This document shows positions 9,517 through 20,475 of a stretch of DNA of 64,000 nucleotides, piece by piece. The stretch is from Desulfosudaceae bacterium (GTDB lineage Bacteria; Desulfobacterota; Desulfobacteria; Desulfobacterales; Desulfosudaceae), in NCBI GenBank assembly GCA_963674745.2, contig CAXXDV010000001.1:1696001-1760000 (forward strand). Direction: 5' to 3'. Each line of letters begins with the position of its first letter. Position 1 is the stretch's first letter. Below the pieces are notes generated by a model. It worked only from the letters and a program-made list of their open reading frames with translations, ran no database searches and was not told the origin of the DNA. Made by a program: the position numbers and the translations under genes.

Positions 9517-10827
9517 ATGGCCCGAAAATGTATTCTGATACTACTGGATGGTCTGGGTGACCGGTCCTATCGGCGTCTGGGCGGCCGGACCCCGCTTCAG
9601 GCCGCCGATACCCCGAACCTGGATCGTCTGGCGGCAGCCGGTGCCAACGGGTTGTATCATGCCGGCACGATCGGCCAGGCCCTGCCCAGTGAAAACGCGC
9701 ATTTTTCCATGTTCGGCTATGACATGGCCGATTTCCCGGGCCGGGGCGTTCTCGAGGCTTTAGGCGCGGGCCTGGAATGCCCGCCGGAGGCGGTGTTTCT
9801 GCTGTCCCATTTTGTCAGCCTTAAACAGGTCGGGCAAACCCTGGTGCTGGAGCAGAACAAACCCGAAATGACCGCAAAAGAGATTGCGGCACTGACCGAC
9901 TGTATCCGGACTTTTGAACATCCTGACGGCACGGTGACGTTTCATCCCATGAACGGTATCCGGGGCATTCTCCGTTTGGACGGCCGGGTGTCGCCGCAGA
10001 TAACGGATTCTGATCCGTTTGCCGACGGCAAGCCCCTGGTGTCGGTGCTTCCCTGGCGGACAGCGGCCGACCGGGAGGCGGCAGAAAATGCTGCCCGAAT
10101 TCTGCGCGCTTATCTTATCCGGGCGTATGAAAAACTGGCGCGTCATGAGGTGAACAAAAAGCGGCGGCCGGCCGGCCAAATGCCCGTAAACGGGCTGGTG
10201 ACCCAGCGGGCCGGGCAGTTGAAGACAGTTGTTCCGTTCCGGAAAAAATACGGCCTGCGAGGGTTGATCATGGCTTCCGGCCCGGTTTACTGGGGCCTGG
10301 GAAGCTATCTTGAAATGGCGGTTAAAAAAGTAAAGGACAGCCGTGACCCGGGGGCGGATCTGGCCGAACGGCTGAATACGGCCCGCGCAGAATCAGCAGA
10401 ATATGATTTTGTCCATGTGCATACCAAGGCGCCGGATGAAGCTGCCCACACCAAGGACCCCGTCCGGAAAAAAGATGTTATCGAGTCCCTGGATGCCGGA
10501 CTGGGTCTGTCCCTGGAACCGTTTTTAAACGACCCCGACCTGCTGACAGTGGTCACGGCCGATCACTCCACGCCCAGTGCCGGGCCACTGGTCCACTCCG
10601 GAGAAAGCGTGCCCCTGGCCATGGTCGGGCCGGGTATCCGGCAGGACGGCGTGAAACGTTTTGACGAGGTCAGCGCGGCGCCGGGGGCGCTGGGCATGAT
10701 CCGGGGAAGGGAGCTCATGCTGCTGATTTTAAACCACCTGGACCGGGCCAAGCTGGCCGGCATAATGGATACGCCCGAAGACCAGCCGTACTGGCCGGGT
10801 GATTATGAACCTTTTACAATCGATTGA
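9517..10827 (+). CDS. ApgM-type cofactor-independent phosphoglycerate mutase / alkaline-phosphatase superfamily
   Basis: LLDGLGDR, TPLQAADTPNLD, LPSENAH, HTKAPDEAAH, TADHSTP, HSGESVP. Confidence 0.8.
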   Translation: MARKCILILLDGLGDRSYRRLGGRTPLQAADTPNLDRLAAAGANGLYHAGTIGQALPSENAHFSMFGYDMADFPGRGVLEALGAGLECPPEAVFLLSHFVSLKQVGQTLVLEQNKPEMTAKEIAALTDCIRTFEHPDGTVTFHPMNGIRGILRLDGRVSPQITDSDPFADGKPLVSVLPWRTAADREAAENAARILRAYLIRAYEKLARHEVNKKRRPAGQMPVNGLVTQRAGQLKTVVPFRKKYGLRGLIMASGPVYWGLGSYLEMAVKKVKDSRDPGADLAERLNTARAESAEYDFVHVHTKAPDEAAHTKDPVRKKDVIESLDAGLGLSLEPFLNDPDLLTVVTADHSTPSAGPLVHSGESVPLAMVGPGIRQDGVKRFDEVSAAPGALGMIRGRELMLLILNHLDRAKLAGIMDTPEDQPYWPGDYEPFTID

Positions 10828-10849
10828 TAACGGAATATTTTGATCTGCC

Positions 10850-11458
10850 ATGTCAGACCATAAAAACATAGACCCGGTCGAGGTGGGCGTCATTCACGGC
10901 CGATTTCAGATATTGCACAATGACCATCTCAAATATCTTCTGGCCGGCAAAGACTGCTGCCGCAGGCTGGTGGTGGGGATCACCAACCCCGATCCCCGCT
11001 TGACCGCAAAAGAAGCCAGCGCTCCGGAAAGGGATAACCCCCTGGCCAACCCCCTGACCTATTATGAAAGGCAGTGCCTGGTCACGGACGTGCTTCAGGC
11101 GCAGGGCCTGTCAGCCGCCGATTTTTCGGTGGTTCCGTTTCCGATTAATTTTCCCGAGTTGTACCGGTATTATCTTCCCCTGGAGGCCCTGTTTTTTCTG
11201 ACCATTTATGATGACTGGGGCAGGACCAAGCGCGACTATTTCAACTCCCTGGGTCTGCAAACCCGTGTGTTATGGGAGGTGCCGCCCGAGCAGAAAGGCA
11301 TCAGTGCTGCTGATGTGCGCCGGCGGTTGATGACCGGGCAGGCCTGGGAACACCTGGTGCCCCCGGTCGTGGCGGAGCGTCTTAAAGAGTGGCATGTTGC
11401 CGGGCGCCTGGCGGCATTGAACCGCCAGGCAACAGCACAAAACCGCCCAAAACGTTAG
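10850..11458 (+). CDS. Cytidylyltransferase-like / NMN adenylyltransferase-like nucleotidyltransferase
   Basis: HGRFQILHNDH (HxGH-like), NPLTYYER, ISAADVR. Confidence 0.75.
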   Translation: MSDHKNIDPVEVGVIHGRFQILHNDHLKYLLAGKDCCRRLVVGITNPDPRLTAKEASAPERDNPLANPLTYYERQCLVTDVLQAQGLSAADFSVVPFPINFPELYRYYLPLEALFFLTIYDDWGRTKRDYFNSLGLQTRVLWEVPPEQKGISAADVRRRLMTGQAWEHLVPPVVAERLKEWHVAGRLAALNRQATAQNRPKR

Positions 11459-11539
11459 GCCTGTTGACATATAGACCCGATTTTGTTATATATAATACAA
11501 CATAAACGTTCTCCCCCGGCCGATAATTAGATTGCGAAC

Positions 11540-14500
11540 ATGATGGTGGATCCTGACAGCCTGAAAAAAGACGGTTTTGATCTCTACAAAAAAGGCGACC
11601 ATGAGGCGGCCCTCCGGCAGTTCAACGCTTCCCTCAATATGCAGCGGCATAATCCAGAAGCCTGGTATGGAAGGGCCAACTGCCTGATTCGGCTGGGGCG
11701 TCTCAACGACGCGCTTAACAGTTATGACCGTGCCGTTGATGGTGCCCCGTTTTATGCCAAAGCCTGGTTCGGCCGGGCCGTTGCCCTGCAGAAACTGGGT
11801 TTCCAGGACCAGGCCTTTATCTCTCTTAAGACATGCGTCGTCTATGCCCTGGACGGCGATACAGCTCAGAAAAAAAAGGCGGCCGAAGCGGTTGAGAAAT
11901 ATATCAAAAAAGGGCTCGAGCCCGTTCCGGACAGTGCCTTTGTGCTCATCGTACAGGGGTATAACCTGGCGGCGGATCATCAGGATTTTGTTCAATCCAT
12001 CGAATGTTTCGACAAAGCCATTCAGCTGAGCCCCGCTGTTTCCAAAGCCTGGCAGTTCAAGGCCATGAGCCTGAGCGCCCTGGGCCGTCTGGATGAAGCC
12101 ATTGCCGCTTATGAACAGGCGGTGGAAATCGAAGAACATAACGCGATCTACTGGTACAACAAAGCGGTCCTGCACAAAAATGCCGGACAGGCGGACAATG
12201 CTTGTCAGGATTTCATAAAAGCCATCGCGCTTTGCCCCGATTACCTCGAGGCCCTGAGCAACCTGGGTAATCTGCTGGGCATCATCAATCGGCCCGAAGA
12301 ATCTCTCAAATATCTCAAGCAGGCGGTGGAGATTTCGCCCGATGCTGAAAACCCCTGGTTTAACAAGGCCATGACCGAAGACCAGCTGGGCCTGACAGCC
12401 GAGGCGGTTTATTCCTATCAGCAGTTTCTGGATCTGGCGTCACCTGCCAATGCCAAACAGATCGAGCATGCCCGGGCCCGTATCCAGGCCCTGTCCGGCG
12501 ATTTTCAGAAATCCGCCGTAGTTACGGAGCAGGCGCCTTCAGGAAAACCGACCCCCCCGCCGCTGCCACAGGAAACAGACGCAGCGGCTGATCCGGAGGC
12601 GTCCGCTTTCTGGAACAGCAAAGGCATTGAATACTTTGAGCAGAACAACTTGAATGAGGCCATCGCCTGTTTTGACCGGGCCATAGACCTCAATCCCGCT
12701 TCGTTCCGTCCCCTGATGAACAAGTCCATTGCTTTAAGTGACCTGGGCCGTCATGAAGAGGAGCTGGCCTGCCTTGAAAAAGCGGTCAAGCTGGCCCCCG
12801 AAGAATTTGCCATCTGGCTTAACCTGAGCTCGGCACTGACCAATCTCGACCGTCTGGAAGAAGCCCTGGAAGCTGTTACCAGAGCACTGGCACTCAATCC
12901 GGACGACGGCCTGTCCTGGTATAACAAGGGTAAGATCCTGGTTGACCTGGATCGGCTGGAGGAAGCCCTGACCTGTTATGACCGGGCCCTGAAAATCGAC
13001 CCCCGGGACACCCATGCCCTGAACAACAAGGGCACCTGCCTGCTCCGCCTGGGCGACTACTACAATGCCAATGCCTGTTTCGAACAGGTAACGTCCATCA
13101 AGCCCGATCATATCTTTGCCTGGAACAACCAGGGAGAGGCCTTGAACAAGCTCAAGCGGTTTGACATGGCCATCAGGTGCTTTGAAAAGGCGCTGTCCTT
13201 AAGGGATTATGCCTCGCCCTGGTGCGGCAAGGGCGAGAGCCTTTTGAGCCTGGGCAAGCCGGAAGAAGCCCTGGCGGCGTTTACCAAAGCCCTTGACCAT
13301 CATTACATTTACACGGATGCCTGGCTGGGCAAAGCCCGGTGTGAAGAGCAGCTGGGCCTGGAAAGTGACCGGATCAACTCATTGAAGCGCTATATCGGAT
13401 TTGCGGCCGCGAAAAAAAGCGGTTTTGACGGGACCCAGGAGGACCTCGACAGGGCACGGCAGACCCTGCTCGACCTGGGGTTGCCGGAAGCGGAGCTGGA
13501 CGCGGAACTGGCCGACATCCGCGCCGTGGCCTTGACGCCGCCCAGAAAGCCCAAATTACGAGGCGGTTCCGGGGATTTTATCGGGCAGAAATATGAAGTC
13601 TACCGGGTCCTGGGCAAAGGCGGTTTCGGCGTGGTGTATCATGTTTTCAACCACGATACCGGACAGGTTCTGGCCTTAAAGACCTTCCGCGACGAGTATA
13701 TGAAGGATGAAAAAACCCGGGATCTGTTTAAAAAGGAGGCCCAGATCCTGGTGGATATGGATTCGCATCCCTTTCTCGTGGAAGATTATTTTGTGGATGA
13801 AGTTGCCGGCCGGATTTATATCGCCATGGAATACGTGGCCCCTGATGAAGACGGATTGAATACCCTGGAGGATTATCTGCGGCGTAAACCGCCCGACCTG
13901 GCCCTTTCCCTGCGCTGGGCCGTCCAGTTCTGCCTGGGCATGGAATTTACCGCTTCCCAGGGCATGAAGTGCCACCGGGACATCAAACCGCCCAACATCA
14001 TGATTACCCCGCAGAAAGACGTCAAGATATCGGACTTCGGCCTGGCCGGCATCGTGTCCGCCATTTTCCCGGCACCGGGCGGTGACGCAGGCCAGGTGCA
14101 GTCAGGCGCGGCCGTCCAGACCATGATGGGCGACAGTTTCGGCACGCCCACCCACATGCCGCCCGAGCAGTTTACCAACGCCGCCGCCTGTGATGAACGA
14201 AGCGATATTTATTCCTTCGGTATTGTGCTGTACCAGATGGCCTCGGGCGGTTCGTTGCCGTTTATGGCGCCTTACCCCAAAGACAACTCGCCCGCGGAAA
14301 TGAACCGGTTCTGGAAACAGATGCAGGAACTGCACGCGCTTTCTGCGCCGCCGCAACTGGATTCCCCGCTTTTACCCGTTATCCGGCGCTGTGTTGAAAA
14401 AGAGCCGGACAAGCGTTATCAATCCTTTGCCGATTTGCGGGCCGAGCTCGAACCCCTGCTGATGGAGCTGACCGGCGAAACCGTCATCCCGCCGGAACCG

Positions 14501-15388
14501 GCCGAGATGAATGCCGCGGCCTGGCTCAACAAGGGACTGAGCCTGAAAAACCTGGGGCAGCTTGATGAGGCCATTGCCTGTTATGACAGGGCCATTGAAA
14601 TGAATCCGCCCGCCCGCTCCATCTCCCTGGCCTGGAACAACAAGGGAAACTGCTTTCTCAATCGGGGCCGGAGCCAGGAGGCCCTGCAGTGTTTTGAGAC
14701 CGCCCTGCAGCACAATTCCATGAATGAAAAAGCCTGGTGCAACAAGGGGTTTGCCCTTCACAACCTGGGCCGGTTCAGCGAGGCCCTGGAGTGTTATGAC
14801 AAGGCCCTGAAAGCCGAGCCCGCCTACGCCATTGCCTGGGCCAACAAGTCAAACACCTATTTGAGCATGGGTGATTATGAAAAAGCCATCATCTGCGCCG
14901 ATGAAGCCATCAAGTTTGATAAAGGCAATGACGCCGCCTGGAACAACAAGGGCGCGGCCTACTTCGCCTCCGGTTATCTGCCCGAGGCCCTGACCTGTTA
15001 CCAGAACGCCCTGGCCGTCAATCCCAACGAGATGACCACCCATTACAACATGGGCCTGGTTTTTAATAACATGAAAAAATACAAGGAAGCGATTGAATGT
15101 TATGACCGGGTTCTGGCCATAAGGCCGAACTACGCGCATGCCTGGTGCAACAAGGGCAATACCCTGATGATTTTAAAAGAGTATGAACAGGCCATGGCCT
15201 GCCTGGACCGGGCCCGGCAGGCCGATCCCAAATATACTACGCCGCTTTATTACAAGGCCTATGTCATGCTGAATATGAAAAACAATAAGGAAGCCAAAAA
15301 GTACTTTGAGGCGTTTTTAAAGGTCACGCCGCCGAACAGCCCGGGCAGCGCGGTCGCGGATGCCAGGCAATGGCTGGCAAAATTATAA
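11540..15388 (+). CDS. TPR - Ser/Thr protein kinase - TPR protein
   Basis: LGKGGFGVV, ALK, HRDIKPPN, DFG, GTPTHMPPE, SDIYSFG; many TPR repeats on both sides. Confidence 0.9.
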   Translation: MMVDPDSLKKDGFDLYKKGDHEAALRQFNASLNMQRHNPEAWYGRANCLIRLGRLNDALNSYDRAVDGAPFYAKAWFGRAVALQKLGFQDQAFISLKTCVVYALDGDTAQKKKAAEAVEKYIKKGLEPVPDSAFVLIVQGYNLAADHQDFVQSIECFDKAIQLSPAVSKAWQFKAMSLSALGRLDEAIAAYEQAVEIEEHNAIYWYNKAVLHKNAGQADNACQDFIKAIALCPDYLEALSNLGNLLGIINRPEESLKYLKQAVEISPDAENPWFNKAMTEDQLGLTAEAVYSYQQFLDLASPANAKQIEHARARIQALSGDFQKSAVVTEQAPSGKPTPPPLPQETDAAADPEASAFWNSKGIEYFEQNNLNEAIACFDRAIDLNPASFRPLMNKSIALSDLGRHEEELACLEKAVKLAPEEFAIWLNLSSALTNLDRLEEALEAVTRALALNPDDGLSWYNKGKILVDLDRLEEALTCYDRALKIDPRDTHALNNKGTCLLRLGDYYNANACFEQVTSIKPDHIFAWNNQGEALNKLKRFDMAIRCFEKALSLRDYASPWCGKGESLLSLGKPEEALAAFTKALDHHYIYTDAWLGKARCEEQLGLESDRINSLKRYIGFAAAKKSGFDGTQEDLDRARQTLLDLGLPEAELDAELADIRAVALTPPRKPKLRGGSGDFIGQKYEVYRVLGKGGFGVVYHVFNHDTGQVLALKTFRDEYMKDEKTRDLFKKEAQILVDMDSHPFLVEDYFVDEVAGRIYIAMEYVAPDEDGLNTLEDYLRRKPPDLALSLRWAVQFCLGMEFTASQGMKCHRDIKPPNIMITPQKDVKISDFGLAGIVSAIFPAPGGDAGQVQSGAAVQTMMGDSFGTPTHMPPEQFTNAAACDERSDIYSFGIVLYQMASGGSLPFMAPYPKDNSPAEMNRFWKQMQELHALSAPPQLDSPLLPVIRRCVEKEPDKRYQSFADLRAELEPLLMELTGETVIPPEPAEMNAAAWLNKGLSLKNLGQLDEAIACYDRAIEMNPPARSISLAWNNKGNCFLNRGRSQEALQCFETALQHNSMNEKAWCNKGFALHNLGRFSEALECYDKALKAEPAYAIAWANKSNTYLSMGDYEKAIICADEAIKFDKGNDAAWNNKGAAYFASGYLPEALTCYQNALAVNPNEMTTHYNMGLVFNNMKKYKEAIECYDRVLAIRPNYAHAWCNKGNTLMILKEYEQAMACLDRARQADPKYTTPLYYKAYVMLNMKNNKEAKKYFEAFLKVTPPNSPGSAVADARQWLAKL

Positions 15389-15423
15389 CGGCCCCCAAAA
15401 AATACAAATTTGTAGGTTGTTTT

Positions 15424-18330
15424 TCAGGCGACAAGATATTTATCCCGGATTTTTAAAACAGCCGACCGGTGATCCGTATATTCGGCAGCAGGTACCATGG
15501 GCGGTTTTTCCTGCAAGTTTAATTTGTGGACTTGTGCCCGGAGGGCGACATAGGCTGCTTTGAGCTGTCCGGCTGATGACGCGTCAATGATGTAATTTGC
15601 CGCCATGGTTTCAAGAATCCGGATGTTATCGGTCCACCGGGTCACTTCCGGATGTTCATGGGCGTTGGCAAGCACCAGGTACTGGACCAGAAATTCAATA
15701 TCAATGATCCCGCCTTCGTCCTGCTTGAGATGAAAAAGGGTTTTGTCCGTGTTACCGTGCTCGGTTCTTATTTTTTCCCTCATGGATGTGATTTCTTCTA
15801 AAAGTACCGCCCGGTCTCTTTTTTTGCACAGGATGGCTTTGCGGATGCCTTCAAACCGGGCAAAAAGGTTCCGGTCTCCGCATAGCGGTCTGGCCCGCAC
15901 CAGCGCCTGGTGTTCCCATGTCCAGGCATCGTTTTCGTAATAGTCACCAAGTGATGTGATATGGCTGACAATCATGCCGGCATCCCCGCTGGGCCGAAGC
16001 CGCATATCCACTTCGTACAGACGGCCGGCAGTGGTCCGGGTGGTCAAAAAATGAATGATTTTCTGGCCAAGCCGGAAGTAAAAGAACGAATTTTCAGTGG
16101 ACTCGTCTCCACCGGTGGTATTGCCGTTTTCTCCGGCATGAATAAACACCAGGTCCAGGTCGCTGCCGTAACCGAATTCAATCCCGCCCAGTTTGCCGAA
16201 TCCGAGAACGGCAAAACCGGTATACGCGGCTTCGCCGTTGCTGATGCCTGACGGGAAACCGTATTTTTGCGTCATCTCCTGCCAGGTGGTGTGATAAACG
16301 TTTTCGATAATCACTTCCGCGATGTCCGTAAGGTAGTCGCTGACCTTCATCAGCGGAAAGGCGCCGCTGATGTCGGCCACGGCAACACGGAGGGTGTTGA
16401 TCTGCTTGAAAACACACATTTCCACGATCATGTCTTCAAGATCGGCGATGGATATTTTCCGCAGCCGCAGTTTCAGCTCTTCTGCGATCCGGTCTTTTCC
16501 CGGTGGACCAGAATTCATCCGGTTGTCTAAAAGCTCATCTAAAAGAACCGGATGCCGGGTTAAATAGGAGATGATCCAGGGACTTTCACTGGTCAGCTTT
16601 ATCAGGTGGTCGATGACCGAAGGGTTTTCATTTAGAAGGGCGATGTAGCAGGTGCGCTTTTCAATCGTAAGGACAAGGTCGATCAATTTGCCGATCAACC
16701 GGACCGGGTCTTTCCGGGACAAGAGCTTTTTTAAAATGATCGGGATGAGCTTGTTGACTCTTTCAATGCCGTCGCGGCTCATCGTTCGGGTATGAGAGTG
16801 GTTTTTCAAATCGTCGAGTAACCGGTAAATCGGCAGGGGCGGATCAAATCCGGCCTGGCCAAGGTCCTCGACGGCCTGCTCCTTGTCGTCAAGCGTTTCC
16901 CAGGCGTGTTTCAGCAGCAGGTCCACATCGTCAGCCGGCACGGCGTCATCTGCGGCACCGAGGATCTGCGTAAAATGGTGATGGACCCGTGCCATGTGTT
17001 TTTCCAGCAGGGCCTGAAAGTCCTCCCAGCCGGTAAACCCCATGGCGGCGGCCAGCCGGGCTTTGCCCGGGTCGTCTTCGGGAAGGGTGTGGGTCTGCGC
17101 GTCCGCATACTCCTGGAGCCGGTGTTCGGTATACCGGAGAAAGGTATAAGCGTCCGTCAATTCCCGGCTGACCGCCTGAGGAATGTGGCCGCCGTCGACA
17201 AGCAGGTCCAGTATGGTAAGAAGTTTTCTGTTCCTCAGGACCGGTTCCACGCCGCCCCGGATCAGTTGAAAAATCTGCCCGAAAAATTCGATCTCCCTTA
17301 TGCCGCCGGCCCCGATTTTAATATTGTTCTTTAGCCCTTTGCGTTTGATCTCCGTGACGATACTCTGCTTCATCTCTCTTAATGAATCGAAACTGGCGTA
17401 ATCAAGGTATTTGCGGAAGACAAAGGCATGCAGGATTTCCTCAAGGCGGATAATGTCGTTTCTGTTTCCGGTTATGGCGCGGGCTTTGATATAGGCATAC
17501 CGCTCCCATTCTCTTCCCTGGGCCACCAGGTAGTCTTCCATGGCATCGATGCTCATCACGACCGGTCCGGAATCGCCATATGGCCGCAGTCTGAGGTCGA
17601 CCCGGAAAACAAAGCCTTCAGCTGTGGCCTGGTCCAGTATCTTTGTCAACCGTCTGGCCAGCCGGGTGAAAAATTCTTCATTGGTGACGGTTTTTTGCGG
17701 GGGTAATTCAATGCCCCTGTCCGCATCCGGCCGCGTCCGGCCGGCATCGGGATAGACCAATATCAGGTCGATATCGGATGAGAAATTAAGCTCATGGGCG
17801 CCCAGCTTGCCCATGCCCAGGGTGATCAGTTGCGCTTTTGTCCCATCGGCGGAAAACGGGGCACCGAAATCATTCTCAAGAAAAGCATATAGCCGGCAAA
17901 TCGTGGTCTGTATGCAGGCGTCGGCGAATAGAGAAAGGTCTTTTAAGGTTTCGGAAAGATCGGCCTGTCTGCACAGGTCGCGCCAGGCGATTCGGACCAT
18001 TTCCCGCCGGCGGAACCTTCGCAGGATGCTCCCGATTTCGTCATCGCCTTGCGCCGGCTCGAGTGCTTTTTCAATGCGGTTGAAGTATTCCTGTTCATGA
18101 TAAACGCGGGATACGTCACCGCTTTCAAAAAGGTCGGCCAGGATTTCCGGATGGTTCATCAGGGTCCGGTGGACAAACTCGCTGAAGGTAAGAACCGTTC
18201 TGATTTGATGGGCCTGGTTTTCATCCGGCCTGAAAAAGAGCCCTTTTTCAGCGAGTTTTTCCAGAAGGACGTCTGTTTTTTTTCGGGAATCGGATGTCAG
18301 CTCTTCGGTAAACGGTAATTTTGATGTCAT
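15424..18330 (-). CDS. glnE: Bifunctional glutamine synthetase adenylyltransferase/deadenylylase
   Basis: GMGKLGAHELNFSSDIDL, RVDLRLRPYG, second NT domain GKLGGIEFGYGSDLDL; next to glnA. Confidence 0.95.
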   Translation of the reverse strand: MTSKLPFTEELTSDSRKKTDVLLEKLAEKGLFFRPDENQAHQIRTVLTFSEFVHRTLMNHPEILADLFESGDVSRVYHEQEYFNRIEKALEPAQGDDEIGSILRRFRRREMVRIAWRDLCRQADLSETLKDLSLFADACIQTTICRLYAFLENDFGAPFSADGTKAQLITLGMGKLGAHELNFSSDIDLILVYPDAGRTRPDADRGIELPPQKTVTNEEFFTRLARRLTKILDQATAEGFVFRVDLRLRPYGDSGPVVMSIDAMEDYLVAQGREWERYAYIKARAITGNRNDIIRLEEILHAFVFRKYLDYASFDSLREMKQSIVTEIKRKGLKNNIKIGAGGIREIEFFGQIFQLIRGGVEPVLRNRKLLTILDLLVDGGHIPQAVSRELTDAYTFLRYTEHRLQEYADAQTHTLPEDDPGKARLAAAMGFTGWEDFQALLEKHMARVHHHFTQILGAADDAVPADDVDLLLKHAWETLDDKEQAVEDLGQAGFDPPLPIYRLLDDLKNHSHTRTMSRDGIERVNKLIPIILKKLLSRKDPVRLIGKLIDLVLTIEKRTCYIALLNENPSVIDHLIKLTSESPWIISYLTRHPVLLDELLDNRMNSGPPGKDRIAEELKLRLRKISIADLEDMIVEMCVFKQINTLRVAVADISGAFPLMKVSDYLTDIAEVIIENVYHTTWQEMTQKYGFPSGISNGEAAYTGFAVLGFGKLGGIEFGYGSDLDLVFIHAGENGNTTGGDESTENSFFYFRLGQKIIHFLTTRTTAGRLYEVDMRLRPSGDAGMIVSHITSLGDYYENDAWTWEHQALVRARPLCGDRNLFARFEGIRKAILCKKRDRAVLLEEITSMREKIRTEHGNTDKTLFHLKQDEGGIIDIEFLVQYLVLANAHEHPEVTRWTDNIRILETMAANYIIDASSAGQLKAAYVALRAQVHKLNLQEKPPMVPAAEYTDHRSAVLKIRDKYLVA

Positions 18331-18567
18331 GGATGGCTATGATCTGAATAGTGTGTGTTTTTTAAAAAACCATATCAAAACTGGTATGGACTGTCGATAT
18401 TGTTTTTGGCCTTTCTATATTTCTATTAAACCTGATCTCCAAAAATGACCGGTTAGACGCTGATCACATAATCACTTAACCACATAATCACTTCAGCTTC
18501 ATACAGATTGCGTCCCGCGCCTTGCAGAAGGGGCCAGGGCCTGAATTGTCCGTGGGCATCCTCTTAT

Positions 18568-18618
18568 AAAAAAAGGCCGAAGGCTTGCGGTTTATTCAAC
18601 CGCGACACCTCCGGCCCT
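18568..18618 (-). terminator. Rho-independent terminator after glnA
   Basis: GGCCGGAGG...CCTTCGGCC stem followed by T-run on minus strand. Confidence 0.6.
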
Positions 18619-18642
18619 TCCGGAAAACAGCGACGTTATTGG

Positions 18643-20055
18643 TTATATGTCATAGTACAGATAGAACTCATGGGGGTGCGGACGAAGTTTAATGGGATTG
18701 ACTTCGTTTTCCATCTTATACTCGATCCAGGTTTCGATGACGTCTTTGGTAAACACGTCGCCCTTGGTCAGGAACTCGTGGTCACTTTTAAGCGCTTCTA
18801 AGGCTTCATCAAGAGAGCCCGGCGCGGATTCGATGTTGGCCAGTTCTTCTTTGGGCAGATCATAAATGTTCTTATCAAGCGGATCGCCCGGATCAATTTT
18901 GTTTTCAATGCCGTCAATGGCTGCCATAAGGACAGCGGAAAAGGCCATGTAGCCGTTACAGGACGGATCAGGGGTACGGAATTCGATCCGTTTGGCCTTG
19001 GGCGATCCGGAATACATGGGGATACGCACGGCCGCGCTTCTGTTCCGGCTGGAATAGGCCAGGTTGACAGGGGCTTCAAATCCCGGAACAAGTCTTTTGT
19101 AAGAGTTGGTGGTGGGGTTGGTAATCGCGCACAGGGCCTTGCAGTGTTTTAAAATACCGCCGATGGCATACAGGGCTTCCTGGGAAACGCCGGCGTATTT
19201 GTCGCCTGCGAACAGGGGGTTGCCGTCTTTCCAGATACTCAGATGGGTATGCATGCCGGTACCGTTATCCTGGAACAGGGGTTTTGGCATAAAGGTCACG
19301 GTATGGCCGTATTTATAAGCCACGTTCTTCAAGACATACTTGAACCATACCAGCTGATCGCCCATCTGAAGAAGCGGTTTGAAGCGCATGTCGATTTCTG
19401 CCTGGCCGGCGGTGGCCACTTCGTGGTGCTGGCATTCGACGTCAATGCCCAGGTCCTCAAGGGTCAGCATCATTTCGGTTCTTAAATCCTGAAATTTGTC
19501 AAGCGGCGGAGTCGGGAAATAACCTTCTTTATGCCTGGGTTTGTAGCCCTGGTTGGGGCCTTCTTCACGGCCGGTATTCCAGGTGCCCTCGACCGAGTCG
19601 ATCTCATAGTATGCCATATTGCTGGCGGAATCGTATTTGACATCATCAAAAATAAAGAACTCCGCTTCAGGGCCGATGAAGGCGGTGTCGCCGATACCGG
19701 TGCTTTTCAGAAAAGCCTCGGCTTTCATGGCGATGTTTCTGGGGTCACGGGAGTAAGACGCACGGGTAATCGGGTCGGCAATGTTGCCGATGAGCACCAG
19801 TGTGGGTTCTTCGAAAAAGGGGTCCATCTTGGCGGTGGTGGCATCCGGGATGACCAGCATGTCGCTTTCGTTGATGGGCTGCCAGCCACGGATACTTGAA
19901 CCGTCAAAACCGAATCCATCTTCAAAGCTGGATTCCTCAAGTTCGCCGATGGGAACGGTAAAATGCTGCCAGATTCCCGGGAAATCCATAAAGCGGATAT
20001 CCACAACCCTTACCTTGCTCTCTTTGGCCATGTTTAAGACTTCTTTTGGTGTCAT
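18643..20055 (-). CDS. glnA: Glutamine synthetase type I
   Basis: [21 protein letters not shown]...[18 protein letters not shown], adenylylation site KNIYDLP. Confidence 0.97.
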   Translation of the reverse strand: MTPKEVLNMAKESKVRVVDIRFMDFPGIWQHFTVPIGELEESSFEDGFGFDGSSIRGWQPINESDMLVIPDATTAKMDPFFEEPTLVLIGNIADPITRASYSRDPRNIAMKAEAFLKSTGIGDTAFIGPEAEFFIFDDVKYDSASNMAYYEIDSVEGTWNTGREEGPNQGYKPRHKEGYFPTPPLDKFQDLRTEMMLTLEDLGIDVECQHHEVATAGQAEIDMRFKPLLQMGDQLVWFKYVLKNVAYKYGHTVTFMPKPLFQDNGTGMHTHLSIWKDGNPLFAGDKYAGVSQEALYAIGGILKHCKALCAITNPTTNSYKRLVPGFEAPVNLAYSSRNRSAAVRIPMYSGSPKAKRIEFRTPDPSCNGYMAFSAVLMAAIDGIENKIDPGDPLDKNIYDLPKEELANIESAPGSLDEALEALKSDHEFLTKGDVFTKDVIETWIEYKMENEVNPIKLRPHPHEFYLYYDI

Positions 20056-20169
20056 GATCTGTTCTCCTTAAATGGTTTTTTACAATCCGTCTTCATATTT
20101 TTTTATGCGCCGGCCTTCTTGCCGGTATAACATTGCATGCAGGCATCTGAGGACCGATGCTATTACTAA

Positions 20170-20185
20170 AGCAATAGCTGTGCCA
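20170..20185 (-). promoter_or_regulatory. sigma54 (-24/-12) promoter of glnA
   Basis: Minus strand TGGCACAGCTATTGCT matches TGGCAC-N5-TTGCW. Confidence 0.8.
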
Positions 20186-20475
20186 GACAGCATTTTTTTC
20201 ATATCTAACTGATATATTGTGTAAAAATGATTTTTTTATGAATTTTGAAAAACGTTTCTGGGTTACAGATTTGTAGTTTTCAAACGAAAAAGCTTACATA
20301 TTTGTTATTATGGCATTTCCCTTTTAACGTTTTTGTAACAGGCGGCAGCCGAAAAAAGATTGATTCACAACTCCGGTATTGCTATCATTATCATATATAA
20401 AAACAAATTGTTACCATTTTCATTGATTTCCATTCAATATGGTTATTTTTTAAAAATTAGAATTTTGGTGAATTA

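Noticed and set aside
18465..18493. CACATAATCACTT tandem repeat upstream of glnE
   Set aside because: Only two short copies; no assignable function
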